Part shown: one piece after another, positions 51,699 to 64,000 of the stretch
How the letters are laid out: the number at the start of each line of letters is the position of its first letter
Position numbering within the stretch: the stretch's first letter is position 1
From: Octopus sinensis
Taxonomy: Eukaryota
Reading direction: 5' to 3'
Length of the DNA stretch: 64,000 nt
Assembly: GCF_006345805.1 (NCBI RefSeq)
Contig: NC_043023.1
Coordinates: 16,120,001-16,184,000, forward strand
The notes under the pieces: model-generated
Told to the model about the DNA's origin: nothing
The model's database searches: none
What the model saw: only the letters and a program-made list of their open reading frames with translations
Position numbers and translations under genes: made by a program

Positions 51699-52558
51699 TT
51701 TCATTTCATTTCATTTCATTTGAGTTTGAGTCCATGCTCAGGCCAAGTCGAAGACTCCACCCTCCGAGTCTGGTGTGGTTGCCAGGTTGTATTCTCTGTT
51801 TAATTTTGACATGTGTAGGAGCGAGTTTGAGTCAGTTTGTGCTCGTTGTGTATATCCTGGGAGATGGGGTTCATCTCTAATGGTGCTTAAGTATCTGTCC
51901 AGCTGCAAATTGAATGATTCCACACTGCATCCTGATAGATTTCTGACATGTACCGGAATGGAGTTGAATAGTTGTGCTCCTCGAACCAACAGACTTGACT
52001 CTCGCAGGGTTTTTGCTGCCTGGCCAGCCTTTTTGTTGATTGGTGGTAGCTGGCAGCGTCTTCCGTGGCGCAGTGAGTGGTAGGTTTTGATACCAAAGTT
52101 TGGTACCTTTTGCTCTATCATTTTCCAAATGTATATAATTCGGTATCGCTCAAATCTTCTTTCTATTGAGTACATCTTCAAGGTTTTGAGTCTTTGCCAA
52201 TAGTCCAGGTCCCTCGTTTCTGAGAAGTATGAGGTAAAATTTCTTTGGAGCGATTCCATCTTAGATAGTTGGCCTTTTGTTGTTGGTGACCACAACTGAG
52301 AACAGTAGTCAATCCTCGGAAGTATCATACTGTTCCAGAGGGTTTTCATTGTTGAGGTATCTCTTGATTTGAAGGTGTGCAAGATCCACCCGCTGTACTT
52401 TCTTGCAGTAAGACAGACTGAGTCAAGGTGTTCTCTGAATTTTAGGCTGGTTCCCATGTGGATGCCTAAATCTTTCACATACTGTTTTTCCATTATTTGT
52501 TGTCCTGATGGGTTTCTGTAGTTTGTTGTATTTTTCAGACCTTGATCTGTTCCGTAGC
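51699..52558 (-). mobile_element. CR1/L2-clade LINE fragment in intron 3 of copy C
   Basis: Identical translation to 29060-29944. Confidence 0.9.
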
Positions 52559-54006
52559 GGGTTGATGCCGTCTCCCGGTCTTTCCTCTCCAATATACAGG
52601 TACACTCTGAAAGAAGGCCCATTCACTCAGGTAATGCTCACCCACCTTTCAACAAACTGCTTGGAAGCCAGCACTTACCTCTCCACCCTGATTTTCCTCT
52701 TCAAGTGAAACCTGAAAAAGTTTATTAGGGTTTTGATAAAATGGCAATTGCTGGTCTTCAGCGCTTTCAGACATGTCCATCACACGATCCCTTTTGCAAT
52801 GGCAACTAGTCACACAGGGAGAAAGCCCACAAAATCCATGGTCTCCCTGACCACCAGGGTGGATGCCCTCTCCCAGTCTACAGGTGCACACTCAGGCAAT
52901 GCTCACCTCTCTCACCCATCTATCAAGAAACTGCAATGGAAGCCAGCACTTCCACCCTTACTTTTCTCTTTATCCTTATTTGTCTCTTCTTCAAACCTGA
53001 AAAAGATTATTTGAGCTTCAACAAAAGGACAACTGCTGGTCATCAGCCCTTTCAGACATGTCTACCACATGATCCCTTTTGCAGTGGCAACCAGAGAGAT
53101 AAGGTAACTGCTTGCCCTTCCTGGCTGAAGGAAAGCGGTGAGGCCAGCTTCTCGATGGACTCAGCTGATCTCATCATCATCATCACCATCGTTTAGCGTC
53201 CGCTTTCCATGCTAGCATGGGTTGGACGGTTCGACCGGGGTCTGGGAAGCCAGAAGGCTGCACCAGGCCCAGTCTGATCTGGCAATGTTTCTACAGCTGG
53301 ATGCCCTTCCTAACGTCAACCACTCCATGAGTGCAGTGGGTGCTTTTTATGTGCCACCGGCACAGGTGCCAGACGAGGCTGGCAACGGCCACGGTCGGAT
53401 TGGTGCATTTTACGTGCTACCGGCACGAGGGCCAGGCAAGGCTGGCAATGGCCATGATCGGATGGTTCTCTTATGTACCACCGGCACTAGTATCACATCT
53501 GCAATTTCCATTGATGTTGATCTGTTCTGTCTGTCTGTCTGTGTGTGTCTTCTAGGATCTCGGGCATCCTCCATCCGATTGCGCTCAAATTTGATATGTA
53601 GATACCAACGGTATCAGGGCATGTATAAGTCTTGAAAATAAGTCTTGCCAGATCAAGATTGAAGCCTGGTGCAGCCATCTGGTTCGCCAGCCCTCAGTCA
53701 AATCGTCCAAACCATGTTAGCATGGAAACAGATGTTAAATGATGATGATGATGATGATTTAATTGTTCATGTGAAAGAAGAATTCAAAGAGAAAAATATT
53801 AATAGCAACAATTGACAAAACCACTGTCTTTACTTTTGCTTTTTAACTTTTCTAAATGATGGACTGATCTATGGACCTTTCCACTTTTGTGCTAGAAGGA
53901 AGAAAATTAATCCCCTTTGCTAATGTTGTAAAAGAGGACATGATCTGAAGAGAACATATAATCTTTTAGACATAGTAATCTAGGATACTGATGTGTATTA
54001 ACCCTT

Positions 54007-57000
54007 GGATCTTTTCCGTTTGACTGGAGGTTTTTTAAAATAATTTCCACGTAACTAAACACTTTTAAACTTCGTATACTGGTAGAATGTGTTTATAAAA
54101 CATCTTTTTCTCTTGGCTTTATTGAGAAAATTCTATAGTTTGTAAGATATTTGGGATCTTTTCGGTTTGAACGACAGTTTTTTAAAATAAATTCCACGTA
54201 ACTAAACACTTTTAAACTTTGTATACTGGTAGAATGTGTTTATAAAACATCTTTTTCTCTTGGCTTTATTGAGAAAATTCTATAGTTTGTAAGATATTTG
54301 GGATCTTTTCGGTTTGACCAGCAGTTTTTTAAAATAATTTCCACGTAACTAAACACTTTTAAACTTCGTATACTGGTAGAATGTGTTTAAAAAACATCTT
54401 TTCCTCTTGGCTTTATTGAGAAAATTCTATAGTTTGTAAGATATTTGGGATCTTTTCGGTTTGACCGGCAGTTTTTTAAAATAATTTCCACGTAACTAAA
54501 CACTTTTAAACTTCGTATACTGGTAGAATGTGTTTATAAAACATCTTTTTCTCTTGGCTTTATTGAGAAAATTCTATAGTTTGTAAGATATTTGGGATCT
54601 TTTCGGTTTGAACGGCAGTTTTTTAAAATAAATTCCACGTAACTAAACACTTTTAAACTTTGTATACTGGTAGAATGTGTTTATAAAACATCTTTTTCTC
54701 TTGGCTTTATTGAGAAAATTCTATAGTTTGTAAGATATTTGGGATCTTTTCGGTTTGACCAGCAGTTTTTTAAAATAATTTCCACGTAACTAAACACTTT
54801 TAAACTTCGTATACTGGTAGAATGTGTTTATAAAACATCTTTTCCTCTTGGCTTTATTGAGAAAATTCTATAGTTTGTAAGATATTTGGGATCTTTTCGG
54901 TTTGACCGGCAGTTTTTTAAAATAATTTCCACGTAACTAAACACTTTTAAACTTCGTATACTGGTAGAATGTGTTTATAAACATCTTTTTCTCTTGGCTT
55001 TATTGAGAAAATTCTATAGTTTGTAAGATATTTGGGATCTTTTCGGTTTGAACGACAGTTTTTTAAAATAAATTCCACGTAACTAAACACTTTTAAACTT
55101 GTATACTGGTAGAATGTGTTTATAAAACATCTTTTTCTCTTGGCTTTATTGAGAAAATTCTATAGTTTGTAAGATATTTGGGATCTTTTCGGTTTGAACG
55201 GCAGTTTTTTAAAATAATTTCCACGTAACTAAACACTTTTAAACTTCGTATACTGGTAGAATGTGTTTATAAAACATCTTTTTCTCTTGGCTTTATTGAG
55301 AAAATTCTATAGTTTGTAAGATATTTGGGATCTTTTCGGTTTGAACGACAGTTTTTTAAAATAATTTCCACGTAACTAAACACTTTTAAACTTCGTATAC
55401 TGATAGAATGTGTTTATAAAACATCTTTTTCTCTTGGCTTTATTGAGAAAATTCTATAGTTTGTAAGATATTTGGGATCTTTTCGGTTTGAACGGCAGTT
55501 TTTTAAAATAAATTCCACGTAACTAAACACTTTTAAACTTTGTATACTGGTAGAATATGTTTATAAAACATCTTTTTCTCTTGGCTTTATTGAGAAAATT
55601 CTATAGTTTGTAAGATAGTTGGGATCTTTTCGGTTTGAACGACAGTTTTTTAAAATAAATTCCACGTAACTAAACACTTTTAAACTTTGTATACTGGTAG
55701 AATGTGTTTATAAAACATCTTTTTCTCTTGGCTTTATTGAGAAAATTCTACAGTTTGTAAGATATTTGGGATCTTTTCGGTTTGAACGGCAGTTTTTAAA
55801 AATAATTTCCACGTAACTAAACACTTTTAAACTTCGTATACTGGTAGAATGTGTTTATAAAACATCTTTTTCTCTTGGCTTTATTGAGAAAATTCTATAG
55901 TTTGTAAGATATTTGGGATCTTTTCGGTTTGACCGGCAGTTTTTTAAAATAATTTCCACGTAACTAAACACTTTTAAACTTCGTATACTGGTAGAATGTG
56001 TTTATAAAACATCTTTTTCTCTTGGCTTTATTGAGAAAATTCTATAGTTTGTAAGATATTTGGGTCTTTTCGGTTTGAACGGCAGTTTTTTAAAATAATT
56101 TCCACGTAACTAAACACTTTTAAACTTTGTATACTGGTAGAATGTGTTTATAAAACATCTTTTTCTCTTGGCTTTATTGAGAAAATTCTATAGTTTGTAA
56201 GATATTTGGGATCTTTTCGGTTTGAACGGCAGTTTTTTTAAATAAATTCCACGTAACTAAACACTTTTAAACTTCGTATACTGGTAGAATGTGTTTATAA
56301 AACATCTTTTTCTCTTGGCTTTATTGAAAAAATTCTATAGTTTGTAAGATATTTGGGATCTTTTCGGTTTGAACGGCAGTTTTTTAAAATAATTTCCACG
56401 TAACTAAACACTTTTAAACTTTGTATACTGGTAGAATGTGTTTATAAAACATCTTTTTCTCTTGGCTTTATTGAGAAAATTCTATAGTTTGTAAGATATT
56501 TGGGTCTTTTCGGTTTGAACGGCAGTTTTTTAAAATAAATTCCACGTAACTAAACACTTTTAAACTTCGTATACTGGTAGAATGTGTTTATAAAACATCT
56601 TTTTCTCTTGGCTTTATTGAGAAAATTCTATAGTTTGTAAGATATTTGGGATCTTTTCAGTTTGACCAGCAGTTTTTAAAAATAATTTCCACGTAACTAA
56701 GCACTTTTAAACTTCGTATACTGGTAGAATGTGTTTATAAAACATCTTTTTCTCTTGGCTTTATTGAGAAAATTCTATAGTTTGTAAGATATTTGGGATC
56801 TTTTCGGTTTGAACGGCAGTTTTTTAAAATAATTTCCACGTAACTAAACACTTTTAAACTTCGTATACTGGTAGAATGTGTTTATAAACATCTTTTTCTC
56901 TTGGCTTTATTGAGAAAATTCTATAGTTTGTAAGATATTTGGGATCTTTTCGGTTTGAACGGCAGTTTTTAAAATAATTTCCACGTAACTAAACATTTTG

Positions 57001-57578
57001 AAACTTCGTATACTGGTAGAATATGTTTATAAAACATCTTTTTCTCTTGGCTTTATTGAGAAAATCCTATAGTTTGTAAGATATTTGGGATCTTTTCGGT
57101 TTGAACGGCAGTTTTTAAAATAATTTCCACATAACTAAACATTTTTAAACTTCGTATACTGGTAGAATGTGTTTATAAAACATCTTTTTCTCTTGGCTTT
57201 ATTGAGAAAATCCTATAGTTTGTAAGATATTTGGGATCTTTTCGGTTTGAACGGCAGTTTTTAAAATAATTTCCACATAACTAAACATTTTTAAACTTCG
57301 TATACTGGTAGAATGTGTTTATAAAACATCTTTTTCTCTTGGCTTTATTGAGAAAATTCTATAGTTTGTAAGATATTTGTTGTTTTCTTTCCTTCAATTT
57401 CTGCAATTTCAACCAATCAATGACGTCCATTGAGGTAAAAAAAAGATATCCTTCCCCCCACCCCTAACTAACCCTAAAACAGATTGAAATGCAATAGATC
57501 GATACTAGGGTCATAATTATGGGTTACAATTTCATATGACACTGCTAGAAGAAACTGCCATTCAAACCGAAAATATCC
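54007..57578 (+). repeat. 147-bp satellite (~23 units) inside an hAT-like MITE
   Basis: Counterpart of 31329-35479. Confidence 0.92.
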
Positions 57579-59068
57579 TAATCCTTTTGTTATTATATTT
57601 GTATTTCTGCCAAAATACATTGCCTTTGTTTCAGGTAATTTTTTTAAATAATAAAGAATTTAGTAAAATGACTTCATCACTCCTAAACTGGGGTTTGGAA
57701 CATAAATTACTATGAAATTTTAATGAAAGGTTTTAATTTAAATCATTTTAAACCTTTTGTTATTTTAATTCTGTGAAAATACACTGGCTTCTTTTTGTTT
57801 TTTACAATTGGGTTGCAAGATTCTTTATGTGAGTTCGTGTGTTGAAGCATATTCTGTTGTGTCTGGGGAGAGTCATTTTCTTTTTGTGCCTTATAATGTA
57901 ACACACTCACCGGTAAAATTTCCACTTATTTCTTATTTTTATTTTCCTAAAATTTTCGTTGTGTCTTGCAACCTTTTCAATAGTCAAGACTATTGAAAAT
58001 GTTGCAAGACACAACGAACATTTTAGGAAAATAAAAATAATCATCATTTAGCGTCCGCCTTCCATGCTAGCATGGGTTGGACGGTTCAACTGGGGTCTGT
58101 GAAGCCAGAAGGCTGCACCAGGCCCAGTCTGATCTGGCAGTGTTTCTACGGCTGGATGCCCTTCCTAACGCCAACCACTCCATGAGTGTAATAGGTGCTT
58201 TTTACGTGCCACCCACACAGGTGCCAGACGGAGCTGGCAAACGGCCACAGACGGATGGTGCTTTTTACATGCCACCGGCACGGGGGCCAGGCGAGGCTGG
58301 CAACGGCCACAATCGGATGGTGCTTTTTATGTGCCACCGGCACGGGGGCCAGGCGAGGCTGGCAAACGGCCACGGACGGATGGCGCTTTTTACATGCCAC
58401 TGGCACGGGGGCCAGGCGAGGCTGGCAACGGCCACGAACGGATGGTGCTTTTTACGTGCCACCGGGACGGAGGCCAGTCGGGGCGGCGCTGGCAACAGCC
58501 ATGATCGGATGGTTCACTTACTTGTCACCAGCACTGGTATCACAGCTGCAATTTCCATTGATGTTGATCAATTTTGGTTTTGCTTTCTGATATCTGATTT
58601 GATTTGGTTTGATTTTGATTTTGATTTTGATTTTCACTTGCCTCAACGGGTCTTCACAAGTGGAGTTTTGTGTCCCAAGAAGGAAAGGTATGTATAAGTC
58701 GACTGGCTACATACCAGGTAGAGGCTACGGGTTATGGTCTCACTAGTCTTGCCGGGTCTTCTCACGCACAGCATACTTCCATAGGTCTCGGTCTCTATGG
58801 AAATTTTATCGGTGAGTGTTTTACATTATAAGGCACAAAAGAAAATGACTCTCCCCAGACACAATAGAATATACTGGCTTAGTTTCAATTAATTTTGAAA
58901 ATATAAATAATTTAATTAAATAATTTTGTCATCATTAAACTGGTTTTGGGAACATTAATTAACATAAATTAATATTTTGATGGAAGGTTTTAATTTAGCT
59001 CACTTTAAATTAGGGAATTTTCACCATGGAAACAAGGGCAGTCTTGAGCAAGTTGATATGAAGAGTGT

Positions 59069-59458
59069 GTGGAGGCGCAATGGCCCAGTGGTTAGGGCAG
59101 CGGACTCGCGGTCATAGGATCGCGGTTTCGATTCCCAGACCAGGTGTTGTGAGTGTTTATTGAGCGAAAACACCTAAAATCTCCACGAGGCTCCGGCAGG
59201 GGATGGTGGTGATCCCTGCTGTACTCTTTCACCACAACTTTCTCTCACTCTTACTTCCTGTTTCTGTTGTACCTGTATTTCAAAGGGCCGGCCTCGTCAC
59301 TCTCTGCGTCACGCTGAATATCCCCGAGAACTACGTTAAGGGTACACGTGTCTGTGGAGTGCTCAGCCACTTACACGTTAATTTCACGAGCAGGCTGTTC
59401 CGTTGATTCGGATCAACCGGAACCCTTGTCGTCGTAACCGACGGAGTGCTTCCATCCC
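59069..59458 (+). mobile_element. Full-length tRNA-derived SINE (family 3) with TSD
   Basis: A/B-box-like head; TSD atgaagagtgt / atgaaaagtgt. The empty site gatatgaagagtgtatata is seen in copy A (~14660). Confidence 0.85.
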
Positions 59459-59506
59459 ATGAAAAGTGTATATAAATGACATATGTTTTACTGTTTATCT
59501 TTGTAG

Positions 59507-59640
59507 GTGATACACCTGAGGCATCCGATGATATCCAAATGAAATCGTTTGCAGGTGGTGCACAAGGAACCAGCAGCCTCAGAACCAAGTCCATCCTTGT
59601 CATTGGGATGATAACTGCCGTCATCATTTATACATTTTAA
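59507..59640 (+). CDS. Copy C last coding exon (stalk + GPI-signal-like tail); complete spliced ORF of 152 aa
   Basis: ctttgtag|GT...TAT ACA TTT TAA. Exon sum 37+39+249+134 = 459 nt, open throughout. Confidence 0.82.
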
Positions 59641-60024
59641 GAAATACCAGTAATAATCTCAAGTGCTGGAAGGACACTCCTTTGATATTTAATCCAGTGC
59701 TATGTGGGTAGGAAGCAAGCGTTTTACCACATAACCATGCCTGCCACCTATAATTTAATAAATAAGAAATTTTATAAATTTGATTTTGATGTACACCAGC
59801 CTTGTTATAAACTTTTACTGTTTAAATTACTGCCACTCGATTTATGCTGTCAGCGTCATCGTCGAATCAACATCCAGTTTTCTAAAACCCCTGCTCTGAC
59901 TTACATATTGGTCAGAATCTCTGTGGATGATGATGATGATGATGATTCCTATTAAAATTCACTGTCAATTTCAAAAAATAACAAAGAATTAAGTAAAATA
60001 GCTTTTTCCATTATTAAGTTCACA

Positions 60025-60314
60025 TCTTTATATATAAAAGTGAAGTTGTGTGAGTGTCTGTCTCCTACGATTTAGATTCCTAACTACTCCCACATTTTGC
60101 GGTGCAATTTAACCAAAACCGGGTATCTTGTAGTCATGATTTATATCAAGCCCTTCTGGGTATTAGCGCGCGTCTACGATGAGTCTACAATTTTAAAAAA
60201 ATTTATCATCATTTTTAATGCATTTTTTGCTATTATATAAGGGAAGTAACTCTCTAAGATGCTTATATAATTATTTCCCTTACAAACCCGAGCAACGCCG
60301 GGCGATACTGCTAG
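60025..60314 (+). mobile_element. Non-autonomous Helitron
   Basis: A|TC start, subterminal hairpin cccgagcaacgccggg, CTAG|T end, no TSD. Confidence 0.8.
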
Positions 60315-60899
60315 TTTATATATAAATTAAAAACAATTTTTGAGTGGAAGGTTTTGATCACTTTAGATCACTTTTGATCACCTTAGTTCTTTTGTTACTA
60401 TATTTCTTTTAATATCTACTGCTCTCTGTCAATTCCTTTTTAAAATAATGAAGAATTTAGTGAAATAACTGTGTCATTATTTAAATGGTGTTTTCAATAT
60501 AACAAAATCTTGATGAAAGGTTTTAATTTAGGACACTTTAATGCTTTTCTTATGAAAGTTCTGCTTTGCTGTTAAAATACATTGCCATTATTTCAATAAA
60601 GTTTACTGAAATAACTGTCTTTATTAACTGGGTGTTTGGAATATAAATCATTTTACATTATATATACATGCAAATGTGTATATATATATATATGTGTGAC
60701 CTCGTGAGTACCGCTGGCGATTTTTTTCCTGTTTTCCCTTCTCCTATGTTTCCGACGAAGAGCTCCGCTCGAAACGTTAAACCCTCCTCCTTCCCTTCTT
60801 TCCTGAGCGTCCAATAATACTTTATTTGTTCCATGTCCTCGCGTTGTTGTGTTTTCTTGTTTGGATTAACTATATATATATATATATATATATACAATT

Positions 60900-61197
60900 A
60901 TAAAAAAACACCTTTTATCAATTCAAAATGAATTAAATTACACCATCTAAAAAATTACATATGACAGAAAAATTAAAATTAAAATAACTATGATTAAAAT
61001 AACAATGATTAAGTAAATTGCAAAAAAATAATAAAATAACAAAACCGTATACGGTTTTGTTATTTTATTATTTTTTTGCAATTTACTTAATCATTGTTAT
61101 TTTAATCATAGTTATTTTAATTTTTCTGTTATATGTAATTTTCTAGATGGTGTAATTTAATTGTTCATTTTGAATTGATAAAAGGTGGTTTTTTTCT
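60900..61197. repeat. Spacer-less AT-rich palindrome with ~150-bp arms
   Basis: Centre aaaaccgta|tacggtttt at 61049/61050; the arms pair outward with a few indels. Confidence 0.88.
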
Positions 61198-61207
61198 AAT
61201 TTTTTAT

Positions 61208-61768
61208 ATACTCTTTTACTTGTTTCAGTCATTTCACTGTGGCCATACTGGAGCACCGCCTTTAGTCGAGCAAATCGACCCCGGGACTTATTCTTTGTAA
61301 GCCCAGTACTTATTCTATCGGTCTCTTTCGGGGGACAAACACACATACATGTATATATATATATATATACATATATACGAAGGGCTTCTTTCAGTTTCCG
61401 TCTACCAAATCCACTCACAAGGCTTTGGTCAGTTCGGGGCTATAGTAGAAGACACTTGCCCAAGGTGCCATTGTGTGAAATTTGATTTAGTATTTCTAAA
61501 TTGAATTTTTTTCCTTATAAGTTTGGATTTTATTCCCTCAAATAATAATTATATATATATACTCTTTTACTTGTTTCAGTCATTTGACTGCGGCCATGCT
61601 GGAGCACCACCTTTAGTTGAGCAAATCGACCCCAGGACTTATTCTTTGTAAGCCCAGTACTTATTCTATCGGTCTCTTTTGCCCAACCGCTAAGTGACGG
61701 GGACGTAAACACACCAGCATCAGTTGTCAAGCAATGCTAGGGGGACAAACACACATACACAAACACAT

Positions 61769-61799
<31 letters not shown>

Positions 61800-63590
61800 C
61801 ATATATACGACAGGCTTCTTTCAGTTTCCGTCTACCAAATCCACTCACAAGGCATTGGTCGGCCCGGGGCTATAGCAGAAGACACTTGCCCAAGATACCA
61901 CGCAGTGGGACTGAACCTGGAACCATGTGGTTGGTTAGCAAGCTACTTACCACACAGCCACTCCTTATATATACATAAAAGTTCAGTAAAAAATTTAGAT
62001 TCAGTTGAATATGGTACTTAAGTTAAAGGCACCAGAATTTTGTATGGTATTATCCATATAAATCAAATGGGGTGATTATAATCAAAATAAGCAACAAGGA
62101 TATCCAAAGGTAATGCAGTACGATCGTTTCATGCGACTTCATTTAATTGAACAATGCAAGTATTACATCAGTTTTAAAACGTAGATCAATCTTCAGCTGC
62201 ATATAAAATATAGAATTTTAGTTAAATTGAAAAGATTCACTTTGGTCGGCCGGTGGCTATAGTAGAAGAGACTTGCCCAAGGTGCCACAAAATTTACATT
62301 AGATTAATATAATATAATTTACATTATATTATTATTTACGATTATTTAATGCACACACAAGTAAAACGGGGGGATGGACGGAAGTTTTTCCTAAAACCAT
62401 AACTACAGAAATAAAAAAAAAATTTGCAAGGAAATTTTTTTCATAATCATAATCTCCGTATTTTTCCGCATATTTTGAAAAAAAATTGTGAAAAAAAATT
62501 AATGAAGTGGATGCGGTGTTAATCCGAAAACATTTTTTCAAAATACTTTTTTCAAGGAGAGGTGCGAAACTGCATTAGCCCGCCAAAATGCGGAGAAAGC
62601 AACGGTGTGGTGAGGAGAGAACTTCCGGAAAATTCACAAGATCCGAGTTCTTCCCTCGTTTAGGAAAATGGCTTTTTTTTTTTTTTTATGAAATTTCATA
62701 TAAATAATTTTCAAAAGACATAGATTACGATTTACTCTTTTACTTGTTTCAGTCATTTTGACTGCGGCCATGCTGGAGCACCGCCTTTAATCGAGCAGCT
62801 TGACCCCGGGACTTATTCTTTTGTAAGCCCAGTACTTATTCTATCGGTCTCTTTGGCCGAACCACTAAGTTTACTCTTTTACTTGTTTCAGTCATTTTGA
62901 CTGCAGCCATGCTGGAGCACCGCCTTTAATCGAGCAACTCGACCCCGGGACTTATTCTTTTGTAAGCCCAGTATTTATTCTATCGGTCTATTTTGCCAAA
63001 CCACTAAGTTTACTCTTTTACTTGTTTCAGTCATTTGACTGCGGCCATGCTGGAGCAGCGCCTTTAATCGAGCAAATCGACCCCGGGACTTATTCTTTTG
63101 TAAGCCCAGTACTTATTCTATCAGTCTCTTTTGCCGAACCACTAGGTAACGGGGACATAAACACACCAGCATCGGTTGTCAAGCAATGCTAGGGGGACAA
63201 ACACAGACACACAAACACGCATATATATATATATATATCAATATAAGGGTAACAAAAAATTCAAGAAAAATTTTCTGCCACCAGCGGTCAAGTGAGAAAA
63301 TAGAAATAGTCACAGACTATATGATACATTCAACAAAATATTAAGGAATGACCCTGATTTAATTTAATTTAATTAAATTTGATTGCGTGAAGATGTTGAA
63401 ACCTTGCAGGATTTAATTTAATTTAATTAAATTTGATTGCGTGAAGATGTTGAAACCTTGCAGGGTACAAAGTTTGAAGGGGATAAATGTTTTTATTTTC
63501 CTCTAGTTTCAGAATTACTACTATTTTTTGCGGTTTTGAGTTTTAGCTGCTCTTTTCAAGTGAGTCGAACGACCTTCTCAGGGTCATTCC

Positions 63591-63641
<51 letters not shown>

Positions 63642-63802
63642 GAAGGGCTTCTTTCAGTTTCCGTCTACCAAATCCACTCACAAGGCTTTGGTCGGCTCGA
63701 GGCTATAGTAGAAGACACTTGCCCAAGGTGCCACGCAGTGGGACCGAACCCGGAACCATGTGTTTGGTAACCAAGCTACTTACCACACAGCCACTCCTGC
63801 GA
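61208..63802 (-). mobile_element. Cluster of SINE family 1 copies, including three tandem 3' modules at 62730-63230
   Basis: Direct consensus matches. Confidence 0.8.
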
Positions 63803-64000
63803 TTATAAAAATAAAATCTTTTTTCGAGGGGGTGGGGAGAGGACTTCGAAAAATTCACAAGATCAGATGTCTTTCCCTCATAACTGTTAAGGAAAAGGGG
63901 TTTTTTAGATGAAATTTTGTATATCTTTCAAACAGCATACATTACGGTTATAAAGAAATTTTGGGGGGAAATCTTGAGGTGGGGGTAGGATTTTCTGAAA

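Larger units (their letters stand above)
37540..59650 (+). repeat. Segmental duplication unit 2 (~22.1 kb), containing gene copy C
   Basis: Shares every SINE, LINE, MITE and satellite of unit 1 in the same order. Confidence 0.9.

Noticed and set aside
59069-59145. tRNA gene
   Set aside because: The tRNA-like head continues into a ~390-bp body with a TSD, and an empty paralogous site exists, so it is a SINE.
60695-60870. Penelope-like terminal repeat (gacgaagagctccgctcgaaacgtt); similar patches at 2400-2760 and 62040-62210
   Set aside because: Only a short motif resemblance, with no RT or GIY-YIG coding evidence; not enough to call.

Overview
AT-rich, repeat-dense eukaryotic DNA with no prokaryotic features. 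The SINE/LINE/MITE repertoire suggests an octopus or other cephalopod (inference). Almost every entry in the ORF track is repeat or microsatellite noise. Hidden among the repeats is a + strand tandem array of a small four-coding-exon gene that the ORF track does not show whole. It comprises the last exon of one copy (copy 0, 1209-1342) and three full copies: A (7659-14842), B (22786-37528) and C (45722-59640). All coding introns are phase 1. The spliced product (about 135-152 aa) is a signal peptide, one Ig-like domain that lacks the canonical B/F-strand cysteines but has four other conserved Cys, a short stalk and a GPI-signal-like hydrophobic C-terminus. A versus B/C shows a marked excess of amino-acid-changing differences in the ectodomain exons, while the adjacent introns are nearly identical. 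This points to a diversifying cell-surface recognition family. B and C lie in a near-identical ~22.1-22.9 kb tandem duplication whose junction maps to a 28-nt interval spanning B's stop codon. That junction sits in an indel-rich stretch, so an assembly artefact is possible. Other content: CR1-like and RTE-like LINE fragments, three SINE families, hAT-, mariner- and piggyBac-like MITEs, Helitron fragments, a 147-bp satellite grown inside a MITE, and long palindromes. All counts were made by eye.
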